From positions 18,607 through 82,606 of the IMG/VR virus record IMGVR_UViG_3300033066_001740: DNA of 64,000 nt; one strand, written 5' to 3'. A model generated the notes under the pieces. That model was not told where the DNA came from. It saw only the letters and a list, made by a program, of their open reading frames with translations, and made no database searches. A program made the position numbers and the translations under genes. Shown piece by piece: positions 28,665 to 38,648 of this stretch. Position 1 is the first letter of the stretch, and each line of letters starts with the position of its first letter. The stretch is from a virus.

Positions 28665-28867
28665 ATTTCATCTTCCGTAGGTTCTCTGAAATTATCAGTA
28701 TGCCATCCCCAATATACTTTTCCCGCCTTATCAACCACAATGCAGTGACCGGGCATTTGCACAACTTCACCCAAGAAGAGTAATGATTGTCCTACCTTCC
28801 ACGGATACTTATCTTCATATCCTTTGGGCGGATTATCAAAGATTACTATTTGATTTTGTTTGAACAT
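28661..28867 (-). CDS. hypothetical protein
   Basis: FLGEVVQMPGHC...GWHTDNF. Confidence 0.7.
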   Translation of the reverse strand: MFKQNQIVIFDNPPKGYEDKYPWKVGQSLLFLGEVVQMPGHCIVVDKAGKVYWGWHTDNFREPTEDEI

Positions 28868-28868
28868 T

Positions 28869-29441
28869 CTAAATAATACCCTCTAACATCATAGCTAATA
28901 CATAAGCATGTCCAACTTTGATTTCTGGATTATTCCACAAATCCCAATAGTTGAATGTGCCTGCTGGCAAGTTATGCGCATCAAAATCCCATAGATATAT
29001 TGGCGTAGCAAAAGCAGCTAGATTCTTCAATGATTGCCATGCTTGTGTTTTAACCACAGCCTTGGCGTACAAAGGAAGATATATTCTTTTCCTTGCTTCC
29101 ACATAATCTAACTTCTCACCATCCCAATATGAAAACATAGGCTTAACACCTTTGCCCATGGGATAACGATAAGCTCTGGCAGAATTCCAGCCCTTCTCTG
29201 CCCAAGCAAAGTAACTTGGAGTTGGCTCATCATTATCGTCTATATGGTCAAGGTGACCATAAACTTTAGAGAACTGCCAGGCATTCTCCATGTTGAGTGA
29301 CTTGAATCCATCGTAGAGGTCGATGGGACCAACGAAAAAAGGGCTAAGCCCCTTCCCCCAATCTGTCGATCGTGAAGTCGTATTGACCACAATCGCACTA
29401 GGAGGAAGGGTATAGCTTGGATTGATTACGTGAATTTTCAA
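28869..29441 (-). CDS. DUF6939-like (NADAR-related) protein
   Basis: LSPFFVG...NMENAWQFSKVY...LDYVEARKRIYLPLY...GHAYVLA. Confidence 0.7.
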   Translation of the reverse strand: MKIHVINPSYTLPPSAIVVNTTSRSTDWGKGLSPFFVGPIDLYDGFKSLNMENAWQFSKVYGHLDHIDDNDEPTPSYFAWAEKGWNSARAYRYPMGKGVKPMFSYWDGEKLDYVEARKRIYLPLYAKAVVKTQAWQSLKNLAAFATPIYLWDFDAHNLPAGTFNYWDLWNNPEIKVGHAYVLAMMLEGII

Positions 29442-29797
29442 CTGGTTCCCCAGACTATGTATACATCTACAGGATCTAGTAAGGCTTTCAAATCCTCAGG
29501 CAATTTATCAATCTTGTCTTTGGCTTTGATTTTATCACTTTCTGTAGGTGTAAGTTTAATATCACTAACAGCTAGAGTGCCACACTCATCAATAGTATCT
29601 AACAGAACTCCACACCATCCAGGCATAATATCAGAACTGCCGCTGTATGTGAATTCAAAATATTCTTCAGGATCAAAATAATCTTCTGATTCCAGATCTT
29701 CTGATTCATCTAAATCTTCTGAACTATTAAGATAGTTATTGATAGCATCACTATATGGAACGCCATATATAATATGTCCAATAGCGTACGACATCAC
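29438..29797 (-). CDS. hypothetical acidic protein
   Basis: ORF. Confidence 0.65.
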   Translation of the reverse strand: MMSYAIGHIIYGVPYSDAINNYLNSSEDLDESEDLESEDYFDPEEYFEFTYSGSSDIMPGWCGVLLDTIDECGTLAVSDIKLTPTESDKIKAKDKIDKLPEDLKALLDPVDVYIVWGTS

Positions 29798-31182
29798 ACA
29801 GCTCTCTCTCTGATAAACGCAAAGCTATCGTCTACCAACAACTCTCCGTTTTCATATACTGTCTTCATGATTGAATCTTCAGCCGCCACACGCTCATCAC
29901 CTAGTACGATTGTCTGATAGCTTCCGTCTGTCATCTCAATCAGATCAAGACGACCAGGCTTGCTGCGCTTGCCATGATCCGTGATTGGATCTTTGAAAAC
30001 ATCCACTGATTCGGAGCCAATGAAGATTTGCGAGCACTTCATGGCAAACTTCTCAGTATCTCTGTTGAGCATCTGCAATAGAGCACCGCCCATACCGAAA
30101 GCAATGTTAGTCGCGCTAAATCCGGCATTCAAAAGATTATCTAGAATCTCCTGAATTGAGAACTCATTGATACCGTCACCCTGGATAATACGTACATTAT
30201 TTAGTACTTTGTATCCCTTTGAGTTCACAGTGAAGCCGAACTTCTCTGCCAGAATCTCAGCAGTCTTTAGCACCACTGTTGGAGGATGACCTGAATCTGG
30301 TCTAATGACCAAGGTAGCCTCAGAATCAACAATCTCCTGCTTAAGAGCTTCGCCCCACAGGTGTTCACAAGCATTCCACAAGTCATAAGAGTCTGAAACG
30401 CAAGCCACTAAAGCACCCGGCTTAGCAAAGCGCTTAAGAATATTGCGATAAGCCTCTACCTCATTCTCTTTACCCCATGAAGTAATGGAACTATGTTCGG
30501 TAGCGGGAATGCTGAATCCCGACATTGGAATGTTGTAGTATCCGTTGGCACACAGAACGCCGACACCAGTATCACTACCCATGAAGTTGATCAAGTGTGC
30601 AGCACCACCAATCATCGCTGATTCCTGGCTTGACACGCCTCTTGAACCGAAATCATGAAGCTTGAAATTGATTTCAGCCGTCGGATTATCCGAAGACTTA
30701 TTCAGTGCCTCCATAATAATCTTTTTGATGGTATAACTGCGCGTCGCCACAGTAATGGGATACCAAACTCTCAGTAGCATTGTTTCAAGCCACGAAACAA
30801 CCCAAAACGCATTTGGATCAGTGGATTCGATGCTAACTAGAATGTTGTGACCCGGAACGACTGTTCCTTCTGGGACAGCACGAATTCTAACGGGAAGTTT
30901 TCCGCCCAATTCTTTAGCTACATACATCCATCCTTCGTAGTTGAAAGGCTCGCCGTGAGCCGTCCAAAACTCTCTAGCTCTTTCTACTTCTTCCACGGTT
31001 ACACGATGTGATAGGTACTCTTTCAGATAATACTGCAATCCGAAAAAGACTGTCTTATCATAATCTCCACCACGGCTTTCAATGTAGCTAAACATAGAAG
31101 TGGTTCCCGGCGGATACTGGAGATAATGCGAAACCTTGTACGAATCAGTATCGAACAGATAGCTAAATCTAATTGTTCTCAT
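29794..31182 (-). CDS. nadV: nicotinamide phosphoribosyltransferase (NAMPT/NadV)
   Basis: DTDSYKVSH, WYPITVAT, LHDFGSRG, PATEHS, VSDSYD, IRPDSG, IQGDG, FGMGGALLQ, RDT.KFAMK. Confidence 0.95.
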   Translation of the reverse strand: MRTIRFSYLFDTDSYKVSHYLQYPPGTTSMFSYIESRGGDYDKTVFFGLQYYLKEYLSHRVTVEEVERAREFWTAHGEPFNYEGWMYVAKELGGKLPVRIRAVPEGTVVPGHNILVSIESTDPNAFWVVSWLETMLLRVWYPITVATRSYTIKKIIMEALNKSSDNPTAEINFKLHDFGSRGVSSQESAMIGGAAHLINFMGSDTGVGVLCANGYYNIPMSGFSIPATEHSSITSWGKENEVEAYRNILKRFAKPGALVACVSDSYDLWNACEHLWGEALKQEIVDSEATLVIRPDSGHPPTVVLKTAEILAEKFGFTVNSKGYKVLNNVRIIQGDGINEFSIQEILDNLLNAGFSATNIAFGMGGALLQMLNRDTEKFAMKCSQIFIGSESVDVFKDPITDHGKRSKPGRLDLIEMTDGSYQTIVLGDERVAAEDSIMKTVYENGELLVDDSFAFIRERAV

Positions 31183-31198
31183 ATAGTCTCTCTTTCTC

Positions 31199-32242
31199 TC
31201 AACTAAAAACTAGAAACTTCTTAATGTCGAAGAGCTTAGTATCTTCGGCTTCAAATGGATAAAGATTCAAACGTTCCGAGTTATATACAACTTCATTTTC
31301 CAGATATGTTGCAGATGGCTTGGCGTAATTTCTATCCATTGGTACGTGACCAGTGTATTGAAGAAGTTTGTGTTTTACATCCTTCTGTGCCTTCTCACGT
31401 AGGAAGGTGACGACACTCGATGGGTCGACGTCTACGTGACCAATCTTCTCAATATAAGGATGAGATTTCTTAACATCAAACTTATAGTTTGATTCTGGTT
31501 TTAGCATAGTAGCAATGTTTTCTTCTAGCGAACCATATCTGGCTTCGTAAAATAACATTGCCTTCTTAACTGGTTTTTGATTAAAATCAAAAGTTGCATT
31601 TTTTCTATTGTAGTACGGAGTTTTGTCTTTGAGACTGAAAAGAGTAGTATTCACATATCCAAGAAAGATTGCTCTGTTTTTCTTTCTGTCTTGATAAACT
31701 CCACCAACTTCCAGCTTTCTCTTTCCAATAGGCTTGGCATCTTTGGTTTCTTCAAACTTCATAACTAGATTGTATAACTCAGATCCAATCCTAATTAGTT
31801 TCATTTGGCTACCAATCTTTGCCCAGATGAATTCTCCCTGCAAAACACCGCCAGGAGCAACACCAGTTTGTAACATGGTGTCCATCAAAACATCATCTGT
31901 TAGATCTATATAATATTTATCAATCAAGGCTTTGTAAGATTGATCTCTATATCCAGAAGATATGACTCTAACGTTTGAGATTGGTTTGTTTTCAACTTCG
32001 ATAGTTGTAGAAGTATTTTGACCATTCCAGCCGCCTACTCGTTTTTTGATTTTGGCAACGCTTTTTTCGTCATTGCTAGTCACATGAACTGGAAGAACTT
32101 TTTCCTTTTCATATTTAGAGATGTGCTTTTTTTCATCATATGAATATTCGCTGTCCCAGGAAGAACCAACAAGTACCTCATTTTCTTTAGTATAGGTATA
32201 TGCAATCTTCTCGGGAATGCTTCCAACTACAACTTTTGCCAT
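31199..32242 (-). CDS. hypothetical protein with C-terminal tag (IKKFLVFS)
   Basis: ORF. Confidence 0.8.
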   Translation of the reverse strand: MAKVVVGSIPEKIAYTYTKENEVLVGSSWDSEYSYDEKKHISKYEKEKVLPVHVTSNDEKSVAKIKKRVGGWNGQNTSTTIEVENKPISNVRVISSGYRDQSYKALIDKYYIDLTDDVLMDTMLQTGVAPGGVLQGEFIWAKIGSQMKLIRIGSELYNLVMKFEETKDAKPIGKRKLEVGGVYQDRKKNRAIFLGYVNTTLFSLKDKTPYYNRKNATFDFNQKPVKKAMLFYEARYGSLEENIATMLKPESNYKFDVKKSHPYIEKIGHVDVDPSSVVTFLREKAQKDVKHKLLQYTGHVPMDRNYAKPSATYLENEVVYNSERLNLYPFEAEDTKLFDIKKFLVFS

Positions 32243-32261
32243 AAACTTTCACCTTAAAATG

Positions 32262-32295
32262 GAAAAGGTGAGCGATACAAAGTTCACTCACCTTT
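32262..32295 (-). terminator. intrinsic terminator
   Basis: AAAGGTGAGTGA...TCGCTCACCTTT followed by T. Confidence 0.6.
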
Positions 32296-32337
32296 AGGTT
32301 AGATTACAAAAATTAACTGCTTGATGGGACGACAGGA

Positions 32338-33273
32338 TTAGAATCTAGTAAAGACAGGTTCTGGAGCTGCGCGTTTTACTCTTTTATTCTGAGACGGAAT
32401 TCTTGGGGTACTTTTGAGATCCATGATTTTATGTTCTTTGTCACCTGGGAAACCAGAAGGATGAGCATCTTTTGGAGTTTGTTCTTTTAATTTTGCAACA
32501 AGCTCATCCCACCATAAATATCTCACTCTAACAGTTTCAGCAAACACCGGCTTGATCAAGCCAGTTACATAAGTGATCTTTTGATCAACATGCTCACCTG
32601 CGCCAACTGATACCAAACTCTCTAAACTCTTAGAATCAGTTGAATTATATGAAATAGAATCGGAATCACAAATGCTTAAGCTTTGTGTTTCAATAGGTCC
32701 TTTTGTTAAGGATTTTGATCTGCGGAAATCATCTTTAGGCGTACCGGCAGAAGAATTATAAGTTCCGGAATATCCAGAACCTACACTACTACCACCAATT
32801 GTGCCAGAACCACAAGACCAATCCCCTCCAAAGAAGTAATCAAATCTAATTGGTTCTACATGACCTTCTTCATAAACGGCTGCCGCAATAATACCGCGAT
32901 GGCTCAAATCACCATGAGTATGTAGGGCAACGCTATTGTCGGCACTGGTAAATACGAAGCTGGCTCCACCGTTATTTGTTTCTGGCCAAGCTTTCAACGA
33001 TAAGGTTCCGTATCCATTAACAAGCCACATTCCACTTTCTAAATCAGTAGAAGCTGGCTTGCCAGTTAGAACATCGGTACCATCAATAGAGATTTTTACT
33101 TGAACTTTGGCATGAGAATTATTCTTAAATCTAATCTCGAATGGCTCATTGCCCCAAGCACCCACAGTTTGAATACCGTCAACAAGATGCTTCTTTAACG
33201 ATTTGTTAATAAACTGTGGATGCTTGCTAATGACATCTAATGAATATTTTGAATACTGCGTGTAATATGACAT
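32338..33273 (-). CDS. conserved hypothetical protein
   Basis: PFEIRFKNN...VKISIDGTDVLTGK...GIIAAAVYEE. Confidence 0.8.
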   Translation of the reverse strand: MSYYTQYSKYSLDVISKHPQFINKSLKKHLVDGIQTVGAWGNEPFEIRFKNNSHAKVQVKISIDGTDVLTGKPASTDLESGMWLVNGYGTLSLKAWPETNNGGASFVFTSADNSVALHTHGDLSHRGIIAAAVYEEGHVEPIRFDYFFGGDWSCGSGTIGGSSVGSGYSGTYNSSAGTPKDDFRRSKSLTKGPIETQSLSICDSDSISYNSTDSKSLESLVSVGAGEHVDQKITYVTGLIKPVFAETVRVRYLWWDELVAKLKEQTPKDAHPSGFPGDKEHKIMDLKSTPRIPSQNKRVKRAAPEPVFTRF

Positions 33274-33366
33274 ATGTTCTCCTGAGGAGTGAAATTAAAC
33301 TCCACAATCGTATATATCATATCTTTCATAGAATTATCGTTTTTTATCAATAATTTCTTTTTAGAA

Positions 33367-34545
33367 TCAATATTCGCTATCTTCTTCATCCTGATCATCA
33401 TAAACATCAGGCTTTTCGTGAACAACTACTTCTTGTTTTCTGGCTTCTGGGTTCCATCCATATTGTCTGGCAACAGAATAGATTTCCGCTAGAGTAAAGA
33501 ACTTTTGAGCAAACTTATCTTCTTCAATTGGGAAGAGTTCATTTGCTACGTTGGCAAGACCAGGAACCAATTTGTTGAATACAAGTTGTGATTTGGCGGC
33601 ATCCAATGGTCCAACTCTAATAGATTTGCTTAATCTACCTGGGCGCATGATGGCGGCTTCCATTTCCAATTTCTTGGCGTTGGTGGTAGCAATGATACGC
33701 AAATCTAACATTGATCCAAGAATACCGTCTCCCAAATTCAACAGAGATTGAATAGAGTTGATATTCTCGTTTCCTCTAGTTACTAGGACTTTATCAGCAT
33801 CTTCCAAAACCAAAATGATTGGTCCGGAAGCGTGGTGCCTATTACCAATCAGCAAGGGTAATAGTTCTGGTCCGCCCAATGATGAAACCATCTCTGGTGG
33901 AACTAGAACGAACATGGCATCTGGAACTTCCAAAAGCATAGCTCTTACCAAGTGAGTCTTACCTGTGCCAGGCTCACCCTCCATGATTACGATTCTTCCA
34001 GAAGGTTGGTTAGAATTCAAATCTTTGATAGCGTAATCATAGTCTCTGAGAACTTCGTCGCTATAGTTATCTCTAACCAATCTAATGCTAGCATTACCTA
34101 GGGAGCTGAGAGAAAGGTTTCCATATTGCTTGGTAATAGCAAAAACATGACCCCTTTTCTTTTCTGGAACAATCAATGGAGCAACGAAATCTCTAATTGC
34201 TTCCACCAATTTCTCATCTTTAGATGCTGCGGCAATTGTTATGTAGGATCCTGACAAGCTATATTCTGCCATCCCATGATCCCACACCCAAACCAAAGAT
34301 TCGGGCTTATCAATGAATTTGTAGATCAGTTGACCTCCAAGATCCGCCATCTTCTTTTTAATTGGCTCTAGGTTATCTGAATCTATATTCCCGTATACGT
34401 AACATTCAGATACATAAATACCTAAACCATGACTCACATTATCTAAGACATTTCTTAAAAGTGTCGACATACCCAAGGCATTAACACTAATCTCTGGCTT
34501 GCGACCAAGCTCGATCCAATTCATGCTATTTTTCCAGATACTCAT
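33367..34545 (-). CDS. AAA+ ATPase
   Basis: GEPGTGKT, VLEDAD, LLNLGDG, ATTN, AIMRPGRL. Confidence 0.9.
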   Translation of the reverse strand: MSIWKNSMNWIELGRKPEISVNALGMSTLLRNVLDNVSHGLGIYVSECYVYGNIDSDNLEPIKKKMADLGGQLIYKFIDKPESLVWVWDHGMAEYSLSGSYITIAAASKDEKLVEAIRDFVAPLIVPEKKRGHVFAITKQYGNLSLSSLGNASIRLVRDNYSDEVLRDYDYAIKDLNSNQPSGRIVIMEGEPGTGKTHLVRAMLLEVPDAMFVLVPPEMVSSLGGPELLPLLIGNRHHASGPIILVLEDADKVLVTRGNENINSIQSLLNLGDGILGSMLDLRIIATTNAKKLEMEAAIMRPGRLSKSIRVGPLDAAKSQLVFNKLVPGLANVANELFPIEEDKFAQKFFTLAEIYSVARQYGWNPEARKQEVVVHEKPDVYDDQDEEDSEY

Positions 34546-34552
34546 TAAATCC

Positions 34553-35167
34553 TCATGCTAATCTGTTAAAGAGTGCTTCGTTACCTTTACAATGTTCTTT
34601 CAACTTATCCAGCCAAGCTTGGCTTTTGATTTTGAACATAATCGGCATATTAGTTTTTTTGTCGTTCTCGCCCTTACACACTACACCTTCCATGGTCATA
34701 CCAGGGAGAGTGGATTGTTTAACGGCATCAAACAACTCTACACTTACTTGTCCTTCATAAAGGACTCGTGGGATATCTAAATGACCAAACAATTTCAGAA
34801 ATTCATTTGGTGCCAAGATTCCTTGTTTATATGGATTGACATCAATTAAGGTGACATCCATCTGTTCTTCAAAATTATGATAGCCCGCAAAGGAGCTTGG
34901 TCCCCAATATTCAAAGAAACACAGGGCATCGCCCCATTTGTTAGCTTTGAAAACTTCTGACAAGTCTTTTGAGTACTTCTCTTGAATTAAAGAGATGGCT
35001 CCACGAAAAGGACTGGTATGATCAATCAGTTCGGTACGAGAACCAAACTTATAAAACCCTTTCTTAGAGTTCCATTCCGCTCTCATATTAGAGCCATCTA
35101 GCTTATCAAAAGCATAGATGTAAACGTCTTTTCTGACGTCTTTGGTAATAGAAGGATACATTTTCAT
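34553..35167 (-). CDS. ATP-dependent RNA ligase (Rnl2-like adenylation domain)
   Basis: Motif I DKLDGSN, FGSR, FFEYWG, EGVVCK, FKIKS. Confidence 0.8.
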   Translation of the reverse strand: MKMYPSITKDVRKDVYIYAFDKLDGSNMRAEWNSKKGFYKFGSRTELIDHTSPFRGAISLIQEKYSKDLSEVFKANKWGDALCFFEYWGPSSFAGYHNFEEQMDVTLIDVNPYKQGILAPNEFLKLFGHLDIPRVLYEGQVSVELFDAVKQSTLPGMTMEGVVCKGENDKKTNMPIMFKIKSQAWLDKLKEHCKGNEALFNRLA

Positions 35168-35772
35168 AAGAATGCTTTCAATGTATGAGGAATAAATCTA
35201 ACCCATTTTGTATGGTGATATTGTCTCTCCGGTTTATGTTGTTCACAGCAACATTCCTCGGTAAACTCATCGTAATAATATTTTGTATACAGTGCTTTGT
35301 TGGGGCAATCCTTATCTAAATTGCATAAACCATTCATGTAAGCTCGATGGTTACCACCTTCGCTTATCCAAATACTGTATTCGTATGATTTTTGATCTTT
35401 ATCCCAACCATATTCTTCTACGCAATCGCCGTTGAAATCAGCAATGTAAACATCAGGCTTTATCTTACATGAGACAAAGAGTTTTCTCAAACATTCTTCG
35501 CAGAAGGAGAAAATGTAAGCGTTCATATCAAGCAGATGAGTTGAATCATATCCGCCAATTACCTTGGCTTTATACAATCCAAATGGAATTTGATCATTGT
35601 ACCCTTCTGGATGGCACATGCCTCCGCCGCACAAATTACACAATATAGTTAGTGGGTTTTGGACTTTGAGAGAGTTTGCGCACCGATTACAAACGTGTTT
35701 GCTGCGAGTATCATCTCCCCAATGGGCGCAACTTTTGCAGGTAACAAAATCTTCGATTATTTTTTCTACCAT
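35164..35772 (-). CDS. Cys-rich hypothetical protein with C-terminal tag (TLKAFL)
   Basis: Multiple CxxC. Confidence 0.75.
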   Translation of the reverse strand: MVEKIIEDFVTCKSCAHWGDDTRSKHVCNRCANSLKVQNPLTILCNLCGGGMCHPEGYNDQIPFGLYKAKVIGGYDSTHLLDMNAYIFSFCEECLRKLFVSCKIKPDVYIADFNGDCVEEYGWDKDQKSYEYSIWISEGGNHRAYMNGLCNLDKDCPNKALYTKYYYDEFTEECCCEQHKPERQYHHTKWVRFIPHTLKAFL

Positions 35773-35774
35773 AT

Positions 35775-35809
35775 AAAGAAAATGCGAGGCTATCGGAACA
35801 GCCTCGCAT
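35775..35809 (-). terminator. intrinsic terminator after groES
   Basis: ATGCGAGGCT-loop-AGCCTCGCAT followed by TTTCTTT. Confidence 0.75.
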
Positions 35810-35829
35810 CAATTGAATTGTTGACTCGC

Positions 35830-36117
35830 TTACTTAACGATACAAAGAATTTGGTCTTCTCTCAAGAGGAAGTTAGAAACGCCATCAACTTTAACTTCGG
35901 TTAGGAAGTTTCTATTGAAGGCTACTCTATCACCAACACTAACTTCTAGTGGAACTGACTTGCCACTGTCATCCAATCTTCCACTACCAACTGCCAATAC
36001 TGTGCCGGTTGCAATTTTATCCTCAACTGTTTGAGGAACAAACAAACCGCTAGCGGTTTGTGTTACGGCTTCATCTTTTGATACAACTACAAAATCTCTT
36101 AATGGTTGAACTGTCAT
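35830..36117 (-). CDS. groES: co-chaperonin GroES
   Basis: QPLRDFVVV, TASGLFVP, GTVLAVGSG, VSVGDRV, LREDQIL; AGGAG RBS. Confidence 0.95.
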   Translation of the reverse strand: MTVQPLRDFVVVSKDEAVTQTASGLFVPQTVEDKIATGTVLAVGSGRLDDSGKSVPLEVSVGDRVAFNRNFLTEVKVDGVSNFLLREDQILCIVK

Positions 36118-36145
36118 AATATCTCCTATACCTCGCATATATCAT

Positions 36146-36481
36146 TCAGTAAAAGCTTTTCAGGGCATTTAATCTTTCAATGATATCTTGCGGATTTTTT
36201 GGGTCAAAATTCATACTCAGAAACGAGTCTCTGGAAATATTCAAATCAATATAATCATCGGCTGATAAATGTTGAATTACAAATACATCATCTGGAATGT
36301 CGGGATTAGATTCAAATCTCAATTGAATCTCAAGATTACCAAACTTAAATATATCGACATGATCTTTAGTGCCTACATGTCGAGTATAATGAAAAGGTTT
36401 TCTTTCCCAAGGATTTGTGCCATTACAATATGTCATGGTCATCATTGACCGACATTCGAGATCACATACTTTGCATTTCAT
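36146..36481 (-). CDS. hypothetical protein with C-terminal tag (RLNALKSFY)
   Basis: ORF; N-terminal CxxC. Confidence 0.7.
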   Translation of the reverse strand: MKCKVCDLECRSMMTMTYCNGTNPWERKPFHYTRHVGTKDHVDIFKFGNLEIQLRFESNPDIPDDVFVIQHLSADDYIDLNISRDSFLSMNFDPKNPQDIIERLNALKSFY

Positions 36482-36996
36482 TCGCTATCCGCTTCAATTA
36501 TTCTAATCAGCTGTTCGAAACAGAACTTGATCTTTTTTCTTTCACAGGTATCGTCAAACTTTATTTCGAATTGATATGTCTTCTCATAACCAGAGAAGTC
36601 CATATTTCTTATTCGAAGAATTTGACAAGCTTCATTGATAATTTCTATCGGAACAGCTTTATCTTCTTTAAGACACTCTTCTTTAGCTATGTTGAGTACT
36701 TTGATTCTCAAATTATTGAAATACATCTTTTTGTATTTGGATAATTTGTTTTCGCTGAAATTGAAACCCTTTACATATTCAAAGAAGGGTTTATTTCCCC
36801 TACTGTTGTTACATTCGTAACAAGATACGGTTAAGTTGGTAGTATTGAAAGTTCCTCTTTTACTATCCGGAACAATGTGTTCCATAGTAATAGTTTCAGA
36901 GGTTAACGGTTTTTGACAATAACAACAAACTGATCCATCTCTTTTTACAACATATTCTTTGATCTTCTTTTGTCTTTTACGTTCCTGGGCGCCCAT
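36478..36996 (-). CDS. HNH endonuclease
   Basis: RDGSVCCYC...TMEHIVP...NLTVSCYECNNSRG. Confidence 0.88.
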   Translation of the reverse strand: MGAQERKRQKKIKEYVVKRDGSVCCYCQKPLTSETITMEHIVPDSKRGTFNTTNLTVSCYECNNSRGNKPFFEYVKGFNFSENKLSKYKKMYFNNLRIKVLNIAKEECLKEDKAVPIEIINEACQILRIRNMDFSGYEKTYQFEIKFDDTCERKKIKFCFEQLIRIIEADSE

Positions 36997-37005
36997 AGTA
37001 CAACA

Positions 37006-37677
37006 TTAAACCTCAAGATGAAAGCAATCATTTACATTTAGCAATCTCCATCCTTCAGGACCAAAATACAATCTAGTCACCGAAGTATTATCAATCTGGA
37101 CTTTCCAGGTAAATCCCCTGTCAAATCCAGTAACGTATTGGAGCAGACATTTAATAGTCATGCCATGACTAAAGCACCCAATGTTTAACATTGGTAATTC
37201 GTTAGCTTTTCTATAGTTAGCTAACTCAATCATCTTTGGGTTGTACAGAATCTCACTCTCTACCCAAGCAGAAGCTCTACGCTCTACCATGGTAAAAGAT
37301 TCGCCGTTAGGCGGCAAAAATGCTTGATTCATGTAATTCATTTTTGCTTTAACAGCAGCGGTCATTGTGGCAGATCGACTTGCGCCGGTCCAATCTCCTG
37401 CATCATACTCTCTGATATCAGGAACCACAACAATATCTTGATTGATATTTGCACAGGCTAGTTTGGCAGTTTCTAATGCCCTATCGTAACTGGACGAATA
37501 AACATAATCAAACTTCTCTCCTCTTTTGAGGAATCTCTGATTTAGGAGACGCGCCTGTTCCTTACCTTTCTCAGTAAGTTTTACGTGAGCAGTCTGACCC
37601 ATAACATCAGGGGTCGCATTTACTTCTGATTCACCGTGACGAATCAGAGAGAGAATAAATTCATTGTCTTGAATCAT
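37006..37677 (-). CDS. histidine phosphatase family protein
   Basis: IRHGES, SSYDRALET, REYDAG, GES, SHGMTI. Confidence 0.92.
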   Translation of the reverse strand: MIQDNEFILSLIRHGESEVNATPDVMGQTAHVKLTEKGKEQARLLNQRFLKRGEKFDYVYSSSYDRALETAKLACANINQDIVVVPDIREYDAGDWTGASRSATMTAAVKAKMNYMNQAFLPPNGESFTMVERRASAWVESEILYNPKMIELANYRKANELPMLNIGCFSHGMTIKCLLQYVTGFDRGFTWKVQIDNTSVTRLYFGPEGWRLLNVNDCFHLEV

Positions 37678-38065
37678 TCTGAGTTGTCCTTCCAATAGTC
37701 AAATGGAGACCATATCTTGGTTCTCTGGAAAGTCCGTAGCTCTCTCTTAAATCTAAGAGGTAGGGGCACTTAACTTTCAACCAATAATATTCTCCGTTAT
37801 CTTGAACTCCCCCTTCATACTCAAATTCAATAACTTTGTGTTCGTCTAACCTCCATAGATTGTAATTGGGGATTCTTTCTCCCCTAATAACAGAAATGTG
37901 AGCACCCCACACTGGTCGGGTTAATTTTCCCAACCAAGGAGTCTCACTATAGAATAAACTTCTGTAATATCGTGATATTTCATCATCACACATTACTACT
38001 AACCAATTGCTGTTGTTACCTAGATGGGAACGCGGACTATATAGCAATTTTCCTATTGATTTCAT
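37661..38065 (-). CDS. 2H phosphoesterase-like protein
   Basis: Two HxS/T motifs: AHISV and LHLTIG. Confidence 0.7.
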   Translation of the reverse strand: MKSIGKLLYSPRSHLGNNSNWLVVMCDDEISRYYRSLFYSETPWLGKLTRPVWGAHISVIRGERIPNYNLWRLDEHKVIEFEYEGGVQDNGEYYWLKVKCPYLLDLRESYGLSREPRYGLHLTIGRTTQNDSRQ

Positions 38066-38068
38066 ACA

Positions 38069-38575
38069 TCATTTCTTTTTCGACTTTCCGGCATAAGTAT
38101 CAGTTTGAGAATGACAATTGGGACATAACATTCTTAAATTGTCCAGCCTATTATCATTAGGTTGACCATTTATATGATCAATTTGTAACGATAATTTTTT
38201 ATCATTCCATTCTGGACCAATGCCACATTCATAACATGAATTTTTCAACAAGCCAAGATCAAGCAATCTTTTCTTCAAAGTCGTACGAGAATAAGAAGAG
38301 TTAATAACCAAAATCTCTTCTATAGATGATACATATTTGTATTTTTGTTTTCTACCACGATTAGCATTTGAACCAAGTTTAATATGAGAGAAATCTATAT
38401 TCTCTTGTTTTAGTCTAGTTTTTAATGCTAGGTAACTTCCACTCGAAGGGTTTATATTGTATTTCACTAATACAATATTCAGGCTTAAACTATTCTTGAT
38501 AGTTTCACGTAACTCTTCCGTTGGAATTGACCAAATTTTTGATCTCTTTTTCCTGGGTAATTTTCTGTAATCCAT
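38069..38575 (-). CDS. HNH homing-type endonuclease
   Basis: CYEC...LQIDHING...DNRLDNLRMLCPNCHSQT; paralog of 4636..5130. Confidence 0.92.
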   Translation of the reverse strand: MDYRKLPRKKRSKIWSIPTEELRETIKNSLSLNIVLVKYNINPSSGSYLALKTRLKQENIDFSHIKLGSNANRGRKQKYKYVSSIEEILVINSSYSRTTLKKRLLDLGLLKNSCYECGIGPEWNDKKLSLQIDHINGQPNDNRLDNLRMLCPNCHSQTDTYAGKSKKK

Positions 38576-38582
38576 AATTAAC

Positions 38583-38633
38583 TCTCTAATGGTTTATTGT
38601 TTTACCAATAAGTTATATACCTACCATTAGAGA
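38583..38633 (-). promoter_or_regulatory. RBS-sequestering hairpin upstream of HNH gene
   Basis: 11-bp inverted repeat TCTCTAATGGT/ACCATTAGAGA covers most of the AGAGAG RBS; GGTATATAA lies in the loop. Confidence 0.6.
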
Positions 38634-38648
38634 AATTTTCAATATAAG

